NCBI GenBank assembly: GCA_040437565.1
Contig: JBDOQK010000079.1
Span: 62,001-102,080 of the forward strand
DNA: 40,080 nucleotides
Source of the DNA: Albugo candida
Lineage: Eukaryota
Direction of reading: 5' to 3'
Shown: positions 25,091 through 34,689 of the stretch, in pieces
How the letters are laid out: each line of letters begins with the position of its first letter
Numbering within the stretch: position 1 is the stretch's first letter
The notes under the pieces: model-generated
Seen by the model: only the letters and a program-made list of their open reading frames with translations
Databases searched by the model: none
What the model was told of the DNA's origin: nothing
Program-made: the position numbers and the translations under genes

Positions 25091-28084
25091 CTAACGACAA
25101 GTCAGACGCTTGACCTTATTGCTCCACATTTCTTTCAATCGTGCAGCTTTGGCTTTTCCTTGAAAATACTGCTTTTTGTTTGCGCTTGTTATCATTCCAT
25201 TGACAGAAATCTCTGAACACAAAAACGGCATATCGTTTCGATGGAATGCATACAAAATAAGTGATTCAGAAGGTGATTTGGGCGTTGACAACTTCATTGA
25301 TGCAGGATCATTCCCGAAAGACCCTGGACGTGATTTCCTTAATGTAATGAACGATCCTAATCGCTTGGAAAAGCTCTTCATGCTTGTAGCCGAGTCTGTG
25401 GACGTGCGTTTGGATGCGTCAGAAGTGATACTTTCGACTGAAGAAGTCCGAAGTACGCTTTCCGGAGAATCTTCTGACACCGTTTCCTGAGGAGATAATG
25501 ATGCGTTTGAAGAGGTTGAGGTCGGAGACGTCCGTCGAACTACTTGTTTACGTATTGCTTGATAAAGTGAGCTGAAGTTTGCGCCATTCCGAGGAAGTGC
25601 TGATTGATCGGGTGCATGAGTATATAGCATTTCCTCCTGCGAATTAGACTGCTCCATTTCCAGGACGGTGATTTTCCTGAATTTGGTGAAAGAACTTGCC
25701 AACAAAGCTTGCTCAATTTCTTGCGGGAGGCATAGTAAGATGCAGTCACGTTGCGGGTAATGGGCGAAAATGGATGCGAGGAATCGGACAATGGACTGCT
25801 GATACTGCTTCTCGTATGCTTGATGTATGCTAAAGTGTGAAATTGCAATGCAATTGTTCCGAAGTAGTAGCCATTCAATAGCTGCAATGAAGAAAGAGGC
25901 AATCGCACTCATGTCGTTCGTACCATCCTGTTGGATTATGTCACACACGGGGTGAAACACTTCCAACACCTTATTGAGATTTGCATGATATGCTTCGAGA
26001 CGCACTTTTACTACTTCCAAGGTGTCATCGTCTCTTATAATACACCGTGACTGAATTTGAGGTGGTGGAGGATTCATTTCTTTGTGGTATGAAAACTTTG
26101 TTATTGGATCAATCAGACGCCCGGAAATTCGATAGATCACTTGTTCGTCTGGCACTTGCAGTACAAGCATTGCGTCTGGAATGATATCACGTTCCAACAT
26201 GGCTCGAGCCTGTAACTCTGTGCGAGGAAATCCATCCAAGAGCCATCCATATTGCTGACAATCTTCATCTTGGAGACGATGTAGAATCAAGTCGATCATG
26301 ATATCATCTGGGACCAGTTGCCCAGCATCCATGTACGCTTTGGCTTTGACACCTATGGGAAGATCGTTGTGGATGGCACTACGCAAGATATCTCCTGTAG
26401 ATACATGGACGACGCCATATGCTTGAACAATACGTTCACATTGAGTTCCTTTTCCTCCTGCGGGTGGTCCGACAATGACAAGCTTTGGAGGCGATTGCAC
26501 TCGTAATGGGCGAAGCCACTGCTTGGCACGATACACTTCTCTGATTATTCGATCAGAGACTTGAGCAGGAGACTCCATAGCGTTCACAGAGATCGTTTGG
26601 ACCTGTAGTTTGGAATAGACAGCTTGTATGGTGAGGCATGTGTCAGTATACTTGATCAGACGTCTTCGGATTGTTATCACAGAATCATCTGTTTGGTGGA
26701 CGACCCGACTAGCGATGCTGGCTGGAGGAGGATTGTGTGTCATATGATATCGTTTACCAGTGTGAGGATCAATTCGACCACCTAAAACGCGGTCAACTAC
26801 TTCATCTTCAGGAAGGTCCAGAATTACAAGCATGTCGGGGATGATTTTGGCTGCCAATAGTGCGTTTGCTTGCTTTTGCGTTTTGGGAAACCCATCCAAT
26901 ATCCATCCTCGCGAACGGCAGTCTTCACGTTTCATCCTGTCCGCCAAAACTTTCACGATCAAAGATTCTGGTACGACCTCACCAGCATCAACGAATATCT
27001 GAATGCGTTGGCCAAAATGTGTACCGTACTGTGCATGGGATCGGAGTAAATCCTCAGTGGAAAGGTAGACAAGCTCAAACTCTTTGGCCAAACGCTCACA
27101 TTGTGTTCCTTTGCCGCTTGCCGGAGGTCCACACATGATGATATTTAGTGGTAAAGTAGCCGTCTTCGCAAGCGAAAAAGCTTGCTGAGGTTTTGTTGCA
27201 TGGACCCAGTCTCTATACATTCCACCAAACATCTTGGCGTACATGTTTGCGTGGGCATACGCATCCAAAGGAAGATGGTTGAAATCATCTGTTGTACATG
27301 CCACTCCAATCGTTTCGCTCCGATCTTTTTCGACGTCAGCTCTGTGAGCGATAAAACAAGCTTGATGATCATCTTGCTCCACTTGTTCCAACAAGCCTTT
27401 GAAGGATGTCATATTGTATGGCTGCAATTGATATGCGCTATCTTTTTGCTGCAAGAGAGCTTGTATTTGTATGAGTTGGTCCGCATCATTCGTCAGCTTT
27501 TCAGCTCGATCAATCATCAGATTTTGCATATGTGTGCAGTATTGCGTTCGATCGGCGTGGTACAAGTAGAGATGAGCGCCAAAAGACGAGAGAACCGATT
27601 CGCGTGATGTAAAGCAGTGAGGAAAGACATTGAGTGTTTCCAAATCAAGCTCTGCGTTTGTCGGCAAAGTTATTTGTTGCAATTTGTTGTACGAATGAAA
27701 AAGGTGGTGGAAGAAACTTGTGACAACATTACAGTGAGACGAATCGGTACACTGAGCAAAAGATGTGATGACCAGACAAGTTCCTTGGCCAAGCATTTGT
27801 TGCATTGGCTCATTATGTGTCAAATGAGCTTGAATTTCACAATAGCTGGGTGACGCTTGCTGTGCTTTAAAGAATTGATTGCTGAGCGCCATGAATGCGA
27901 TTACTTTTTCCTCATTGTGGTCGCACGAAGTTTGGACTGCGATCAACAATGTGGAAGCTGTTTTAGGTGCTTCTTGTGGAGAAACACCAAAAATCTGGCA
28001 GTGAACTCTCTGTACCGGCGAATCAAGCGCACTTACGGCTTCGGAGTCGGATTCATCGTACTTGCGAATATGTATACTTTCCAT
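25091..28084 (-). CDS. Tandem adenylate kinase domain protein with CFAP61-N-like flanking domains
   Basis: Long open frame with two AK domains: GPPASGKGTQ..GWILDGFPKT..GRIDP (~27145-26540) and GPPAGGKGTQ..HVSTGDILR..GWLLDGFPRT (~26485-25880). The ORF-track start at 28306 is TTG. ATG 28084 (997 aa) follows an Inr-like TCATTTCCAA; ATG 28261 is an alternative start. Confidence 0.9.
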   Translation of the reverse strand: MESIHIRKYDESDSEAVSALDSPVQRVHCQIFGVSPQEAPKTASTLLIAVQTSCDHNEEKVIAFMALSNQFFKAQQASPSYCEIQAHLTHNEPMQQMLGQGTCLVITSFAQCTDSSHCNVVTSFFHHLFHSYNKLQQITLPTNAELDLETLNVFPHCFTSRESVLSSFGAHLYLYHADRTQYCTHMQNLMIDRAEKLTNDADQLIQIQALLQQKDSAYQLQPYNMTSFKGLLEQVEQDDHQACFIAHRADVEKDRSETIGVACTTDDFNHLPLDAYAHANMYAKMFGGMYRDWVHATKPQQAFSLAKTATLPLNIIMCGPPASGKGTQCERLAKEFELVYLSTEDLLRSHAQYGTHFGQRIQIFVDAGEVVPESLIVKVLADRMKREDCRSRGWILDGFPKTQKQANALLAAKIIPDMLVILDLPEDEVVDRVLGGRIDPHTGKRYHMTHNPPPASIASRVVHQTDDSVITIRRRLIKYTDTCLTIQAVYSKLQVQTISVNAMESPAQVSDRIIREVYRAKQWLRPLRVQSPPKLVIVGPPAGGKGTQCERIVQAYGVVHVSTGDILRSAIHNDLPIGVKAKAYMDAGQLVPDDIMIDLILHRLQDEDCQQYGWLLDGFPRTELQARAMLERDIIPDAMLVLQVPDEQVIYRISGRLIDPITKFSYHKEMNPPPPQIQSRCIIRDDDTLEVVKVRLEAYHANLNKVLEVFHPVCDIIQQDGTNDMSAIASFFIAAIEWLLLRNNCIAISHFSIHQAYEKQYQQSIVRFLASIFAHYPQRDCILLCLPQEIEQALLASSFTKFRKITVLEMEQSNSQEEMLYTHAPDQSALPRNGANFSSLYQAIRKQVVRRTSPTSTSSNASLSPQETVSEDSPESVLRTSSVESITSDASKRTSTDSATSMKSFSKRLGSFITLRKSRPGSFGNDPASMKLSTPKSPSESLILYAFHRNDMPFLCSEISVNGMITSANKKQYFQGKAKAARLKEMWSNKVKRLTCR

Positions 28085-28375
28085 CGGGACTTGGAAATGA
28101 AGTAGGTGTGAGCGGTTCTGAGCAAGTGGAGAAATGAAACAAGTTGGACTAAGAAAAAGAATACGCAGGCAAAGAATACGTTTTATTTCATACGTAGTTA
28201 TGATAGCCAGTGGAGGAGATACAAAGAGGTGGTTTTTCCGCACGAGTACCACATTTCCCATTCGATTCGAATCCGAGCCGGAGCTGTGGCTACGCTCTGC
28301 ATCCAATGACGCCGAGCTTAGGTTAGCGACTTAATTGAAGTAATACGGTACATATCACACAAATTCTACTCAAAA

Positions 28376-29278
28376 ATGACTTTCAGAGATTGCCTAACGG
28401 AATGCTGCACGGGAAGCGCGCTCTTTATATTCAATGGAGTCGATTTGATATGTGGTATCATATTATTAGTGTATAGCTTATACATTGGTACACTACATAG
28501 GCCCTTGATGTCAACAAACTGACACGCTCATTGCTTCTTTAGGCCTCAATCATTATGCAGCCGAATGGCTTTACGGTAAGAGAATTGTTTTCTTCTTCAA
28601 GATCACATGAACACGATTTATATCGTCTATCTTTCTAGTTCCAATATGCCTTCTTGGTTCGTTTTTGCTCATTACTGTAGCATTGAGCTGGTTTGGTACT
28701 TTCAGCCCAAAGTACTCTGTATTGCTTCCATGCTCTTCAAACTTGTTCCTCTTGTTGGCGATTTTGGAATTCGCCTTTGCAGTTGTTATTTTCACACAGA
28801 GTGCTGCTATCAATCAATTCCTCCGTGACCATCAACAAGAGCTCAAATTAAGGTATCGTTTTTCTTAGTTGTGGTGATTTCACTGACAGTCGGCTGTGTA
28901 TTAGTGACAAGCAACTTCAGCGGATTGAGGACAGCAAATTTTTACCCGCCTATTTATTTTTGGGGCTTTTCGTTATGGAGATTATTCGATTTGGATGCGC
29001 TACTCGTCTCTTTTACTCTCGAAAAGATCGACTTTTCCGGTACCGCCGCCTAGGCGCACTTGATGACTTAGAAGCAGAACTCATGGAAGCAGCTAAAGAA
29101 GAGGTCTGTTGTTTGTTCATCTGACTTTGAATGCAAATTTAATTATGCAAGCGCATCGTAGGAAATTACAAAGAAATATTCCAACCTGCGAGATAATTAT
29201 CAACAGAAATATACATCAAAAACTAAGCCATGTATCGTGCCGGTAGAGACCCCGGAAACGATTGAGTACATGGTTTAG
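28376..29278 (+). CDS. Four-transmembrane tetraspanin/TOM2A-like protein, 5 exons, 224 aa (missed by the ORF track)
   Basis: Exons 28376-28487, 28543-28575, 28639-28852, 28905-29103 and 29162-29278 join in frame through GT-AG introns (675 nt). Four hydrophobic segments (LFIFNGVDLICGIILLVYSLYIG; WLYVPICLLGSFLLITVALSWFG; LFLLLAILEFAFAVVIF; YLFLGLFVMEIIRF) and a charged C-tail. Confidence 0.82.
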
Positions 29279-29292
29279 ATGGGAATACTTGG

Positions 29293-30659
29293 TCATGCAC
29301 GGGAGATGTTTAGGATCTGAGCCAATTGCTGCACAGACCTATGTAACGTGTGATACTGCTCGGAACAATGTGTCGTACAGTAAGCGATTTCTTTGGAGAT
29401 TTCTTGAGATGTGTTTTGAACTTGATCATTTAACTTTTTGTATCGATTGGAAAGAGAACGGAATTCTTTTGCACATATATTCATGTGCTCTTGTATAGCT
29501 GCTCGTATCACAGAGCTACTCTTTTGTAATTGGGAATACTTTTCGTGGGCATTGAATTCATTTGCTGTCAACATTTGTGTGACAGAGTGCAGCCGTTGGT
29601 GTCGTTCAGAACATTCCTTTTGAATACGCATGTCAATAGCCTCTCTCATGGATTCGAGCTGACGTTTCCATTCTGTATGTGTCTGCTGCAAGGCCGCACG
29701 CATTGCTGAAGACTGACCAGCCAGGGTCCGTACGTCGCTGGCGAGCGCTAAGGTTGCGCATTTCAGCTCTTGTTTCCTACAAATCGACTAGAGTGAGTTT
29801 TTTTATAAGCGGTACACAGCTTACAAGTTCTCATGGTCCATGTGGTGTTCCACTGCATCGACTTTCGCCTTGTGGGTCCACTCTGTTGCCTCTTTTTGTA
29901 GCACCTGAATTACGTCAAGTCTTCCCGAGAGCTCATCTTTCTGCGTCCCGAAGACCTTCACTTTCTCTTCCAAGCAAATCACTTCCTTTTTTGCTTTTGA
30001 GACTGAGCCAGAAAGGTGCTCAAAGCGCTCCTGAAAAGTGGATTCTGAATGCCCCAGGAGTTTTACTTGCTCCGTTTGTTTTTTCTCAATGACGTCGAGT
30101 GTTTTACCCACCACTTTACTCGTCCTTTCCATCACTTTGACTCGATCTCCAAGCTGTTCGATCTTTTTCAGCATTTTTCCTTGCAGATCGTCTAGAAGCC
30201 ACCCAGCTACATTATCACGCTCACGAAGGTGTCAGGGTGTATAAGTACCGATCTCGGACACAAAAGCGTTGGAGAGCGACTCAAATGCATTCTCAAGCGT
30301 TTGAATCTGAAAAAAGACGAATGAGTGAATGTCTACTCTAAATCATCTTCACCTTTGTGGTTAATTCCTGGACAATTACGCGCTCACGTTGTTGGTGGGA
30401 GATGTATTCTGACTGGCGATCTTCCAATTGCTAAAAATGCAATCAAGACGAAGCCGATAAATATTATTTTGTTAGCGGACCTTCAAATTCTCAATAACGC
30501 CTCCAAAATCACTTGTTCGAGCAGCGTGCTACCGAAAGAGACACGTCACAAATTTCTCTCTTCGGGAACCAGCATTACACTTTGTTGTGTGCCAAATGGC
30601 GTCGAATATGAGGATTTTGTCATCGTATTTGCTGCTCGACGAAGTGCATGTGCCTTCAT
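29293..30659 (-). CDS. Coiled-coil protein of unknown function, 5 exons, ~390 aa
   Basis: Exons 30659-30579, 30528-30481, 30430-30353, 30306-29825 and 29776-29293 join in frame through 46-50 bp GT-AG introns. Heptad-rich E/K/Q/L sequence. The first exons are less certain. Confidence 0.78.
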
Positions 30660-30772
30660 TAGTCACGAAACGTTTCAGTGAACGTGACATTTGACCCACG
30701 AAAGGGTGGCCTTGTATATCACGATAATGTGACTAATTGACGCAAGTAAATTTGTATTTGGAAATTGCGTTA

Positions 30773-31705
30773 TTAATGAAGAATACTTGGGAATGAAAAG
30801 TGATTACTTGCCAATGTGTTCCACACCTGTACCTTGGCCCTAACGAAGCTCTTAAAGGTAGATCTGTCAATACACACAATTGCAAGCTTTGTCCTCCACC
30901 GAAAAATTCGCATCATGTCCAGCATTGCCGTTAATGCTAAATGGCTCGCTTCCTCAGGAGGATATCGATTGTTGCCTGTGGATATGGATGCAAATGTAGC
31001 GCAATCGATGCCATCACTGTTCCGAATCTCTCGAAGTGCCATCACGTACGCCTCGTACAGCCGCAAGTCGCATTTGCTTTGTTGATGATAATACGGTCCT
31101 ACACAATGTATCAACTTCTTTACTCCCTGTATGTTGAACGCAGGTGTTGGATATACAAAAGAACCGTGCTTCTGGCTGAACGTGGTCCTATTTTTGATGA
31201 GAAAAGAGTTTAAATTCGGGCCTGCGAGGCTGTGGATTCTTCCGGCTACACCGATCGCCGGATTAAGCAAGCCACCAGAAGTCGGGAAAGCAATGCAATC
31301 GACTTGATGTCCATCAATTTTTGTCACACATCCAATATCACCTTCGATTATAAAAACATTTTCCATAAAGCAGCGATGCAACGTTGCAATGGCGAGATAA
31401 TTTTTCATTTCGAGACATCCAACTATAACATCACACTCGACCGGTGACTTTAAAACTTCAGTTTTGCTTGTGAGCGACTTTCTGGAGCGTGAGTGCTGTG
31501 GTGTACTTGGAGGTTTTGAATTGAAAAATGAATCACCGATGTTATAATTTGCTTTCAGTAAATATCTCCATTTTGACGCATTGACTAGATTCTGAATTCC
31601 ACGATGTGTCGCTTGTACGGCAATGCAGTAATGCTCAAGCTCTAATGGCTCCAGGAACGGTATGATAGGACCAAACAAATCATAACAATCCGACAAGCGA
31701 CCCAT
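30773..31705 (-). CDS. Macrodomain (ADP-ribose-binding, Appr-1''-p family) protein with F-box-like N-terminus
   Basis: Intact 310-aa ORF with macro motifs IIEGDI, VDCIAFPT, GVAGRIHSLAG, KKLIHCVGP and ATFASISTG..RYP. The N-terminus LSDCYDLFGPIIPFLEPLEL...WRYL is F-box-like. Confidence 0.87.
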   Translation of the reverse strand: MGRLSDCYDLFGPIIPFLEPLELEHYCIAVQATHRGIQNLVNASKWRYLLKANYNIGDSFFNSKPPSTPQHSRSRKSLTSKTEVLKSPVECDVIVGCLEMKNYLAIATLHRCFMENVFIIEGDIGCVTKIDGHQVDCIAFPTSGGLLNPAIGVAGRIHSLAGPNLNSFLIKNRTTFSQKHGSFVYPTPAFNIQGVKKLIHCVGPYYHQQSKCDLRLYEAYVMALREIRNSDGIDCATFASISTGNNRYPPEEASHLALTAMLDMMRIFRWRTKLAIVCIDRSTFKSFVRAKVQVWNTLASNHFSFPSILH

Positions 31706-33294
31706 TGCGAATTGATCTATTGAGCGGATTGTGCACTCACTTCCACCAGTTTAAAAATTGCATGATGGACGACCTAACGGTCGGTTCAATAGAAACAACG
31801 TGTTTCAATCACGATGACGCGTGATGGCAGTTGCGGTGCGTATTTTGGCCAACCGCTTCTTCGGACTTCATTTTTGCATCGGGAAACTTTATTAAGTAGG
31901 GGAATCCCTTAGATCATTCCCTTCTAAAGGTTTTACTGCTCCAAATAGTCAGATCAGATATTTTGTGCAAGTGCGTATAGATTTTTCTCATAGGCATTTA
32001 TGGTGTAGATAATGCCACTTCGAATATGCGGCGTACCCAAAAACGTTGCATAATTGCGCGCAAACTTGTTAATTTAGATAATTTAGAACGCATGCTGAAG
32101 AAAGCCGTTGAAGTTGGTCGCTGTGGGTTTTTCATCAGCAACACATTTATTGTAGCCACGCTAGCCTTTTATCTCAGTTAGCAACAACGTTGCTGCTACA
32201 AGGAGGAATATACTCCAGACCACACCATCATGAATTTCAAACATGGACAGCATGCGTCGGCGCGAACAGCAAGGCAAGGTCCACCTAACTCGCCTCAGCC
32301 CTCCAAAATCGTCGGGGCAATTTATTCTCTCAATAGTTGAGCAAAATAAATGATCGATTAAGACTCAAATAGTTTATACAAGAGGCGATATTTCTTCTAA
32401 GCATGTATCTCCAATACGCTCACTTCTGCATTACCGGTCCATCATCTGGTAGGACGCAATTGAAGGCCTGCAAAGAACCAGTTCATTCTGTACTATAGAT
32501 ATTCTCAAAAAGCGCTGCTACAAAACAAAGAGTGCGGATACACGGCAGGAAAAAAAGAAATAACGCTACATTCCTTAACGTACATTGAAGATTATGAAGT
32601 CACATTCACAAATGCAAGAATTGTATCATTATCATTATCATAAAAAGAGTAGACAGCAATCGGCCTCTCCCGCTGGTCAAGCTCTCTCATACTACCCAAA
32701 GGTAGGCTGCTCAAGTTCGCAGAGCAGACAAGACACGATGCTTTCTTTTATTTATTTTTAGTTGTATTTTTCATCACCTGCATAAAACTAGTTACTGGAT
32801 TATGTTGTTTTCTCTTAGAAGCTCCATCGGTCGAACTCGTTGTTCTTCTGTTGGACCAGGTATTGTCAAAGAAGTCAGGGGTCCTTCATTTGCGCTTGGT
32901 ATTGGCAATTCATCGGTTCTCATTTGTTGATTGATTTGAGCCGTCATTGCTGCCAAATTCGGGCATCGAGAGCAAGAAATTCTTTAGGCGTAAAGGACGG
33001 TACCATACGCTGTACTGATACATCATCATCAACCAATCCCAATAGCATCTCATGTTGATTTAAACGATCAGCCACCAAGGAGACATATTTTGCATGCTTT
33101 CTAGGTTCTTGTCTTCGTATCCATTGTACAAGGGCTTTGACTTCTTCCGGATTATCTCTCATTCCCATGAAGGTGAAGATCCTAGTGGGAATACCAACGA
33201 GATCAGAGTCAGTCAGATAGCCTGTTATTCTCATTGATCACAAGTCTATAAAGTTGTGTACAGTATTTACCAAGAAAATAATAATATAAAATAA

Positions 33295-34680
33295 GGGTAT
33301 CGGTATAGCCACACCCTAGCTTGATTGAGAGCACCGGTATCGTTACACCCCTAGATATCCTAAATAAATGAGAACCGGTATCACCACACACGCTAAATTT
33401 AATTCAATTAGGAAACGGTATCGCCACACTCCCTAAATTAATTTAGATCTAGTTGCGATACATGTCAGTAATCAACCTCAGTTGAAGGTGTCTATATTAC
33501 TAGAATTAGACTAATTGACTTCTCTAGTTGCCTAGGCTATCTTAAATAACATATATACATATAAAAACGTTTCGTGAAATANNNNNNNNNNNNNNNNNNN
33601 NNNNNNNNNNNNNNNNNNNNNNNNNNNNNNNNNNNNNNNNNNNNNNNNNNNNNNNNNNNNNNNNNNNNNNNNNNNNNNNNNGGTTGTGTCGATATGTCGA
33701 CTTGAACCATTGTTTTCGAGAGGAAGGAGGTGAAAAAAGTTGTTTTTTCGAGTTGTTTTTACTAAATTGGCTGGTTACTTTGTAGCCGGCAAATTGAGAA
33801 GTCTCAGTAATCAACCTCACGAACTGGTGTGCTTGGTTACGTCACTCATTCTGATATTAAATTCATTTTCTTATATTACTATCACGCGTTGTTTCAAAAA
33901 TTATATCCTGCTAATTATCAAAGCTACATCTCAATTATCTCGTTTCCATCAGGATCCATTTCTTCATTCCTACTTTACTTTCTTGTACTACTCATATTTT
34001 GCGTTGCAACTAAGTACGCCTGTACAATCGGATTGCTTATTACGCGTCGAGAGGTTAATTTCTAGACGCTAAGATCAGGCCCTTACAAACCTCCAGCATC
34101 ACATTAGTTAGCACCGACACNNNNNNNNNNNNNNNNNNNNNNNNNNNNNNNNNNNNNNNNNNNNNNNNNNNNNNNNNNNNNNNNNNNNNNNNNNNNNNNN
34201 NNNNNNNNNNNNNNNNNNNNCTTTCTTGTACTACTCATATTTTGCGTTGCAACTAAGTACGCCTGTACAATCGGATTGCTTATTACGCGTCGAGAGGTTA
34301 ATTTCTAGACGCTAAGATCAGGCCCTTACAAACCTCCAGCATCACATTAGTTAGCACCGACACTTAAGTGAAGTGATATATAATCGAAATTTCGGGTATT
34401 TACGATACCGGTTCCTTTTAAATGAGGGGATTTGGGGGGGGGGGATGCGGTTTTTTTTTTCCTAATTAATTCTAGGGGACTTAGCGAGTGTGGTGATACC
34501 AGTTCTCATTTATTTAGGATATGTAGGGGTGTAACGATACCGGTGCTCTCAGTTAAGTTACGGTTGTGGCTATACCGGCTTCCTAGAAATATAAGGGCAT
34601 TGATCTCCCCACAACTTGGTATTCCTACATTAAAGGGAACCGTTATCGTGACACCGCCTACAATATAAGCGGGAACCGGT
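33295..34680. repeat. Cluster of ~17-bp CCGGTATCGCCACACCC-type motifs forming ~100-bp inverted arms
   Basis: 33301-33396 is the imperfect reverse complement of 34481-34578. Motif copies at ~33301, 33334, 33374, 33415 (+); 34402, 34489, 34528, 34565 (-); 34638, 34674, 37114 (+). Confidence 0.75.
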
Positions 34681-34689
34681 ATCCTTAGA

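Noticed and set aside
28085-28306. N-terminal 74 aa of the 1071-aa ORF call
   Set aside because: It starts at TTG and contains an Inr-like motif, so it is more likely promoter/UTR. ATG 28261 is not excluded.
33978-34363. 143-bp direct repeat
   Set aside because: Exact copies on either side of a gap; assembly artefact.
33295-34680. CRISPR-like spaced repeats
   Set aside because: Eukaryotic context, degenerate repeats in mixed orientation, short irregular spacers and no cas genes.
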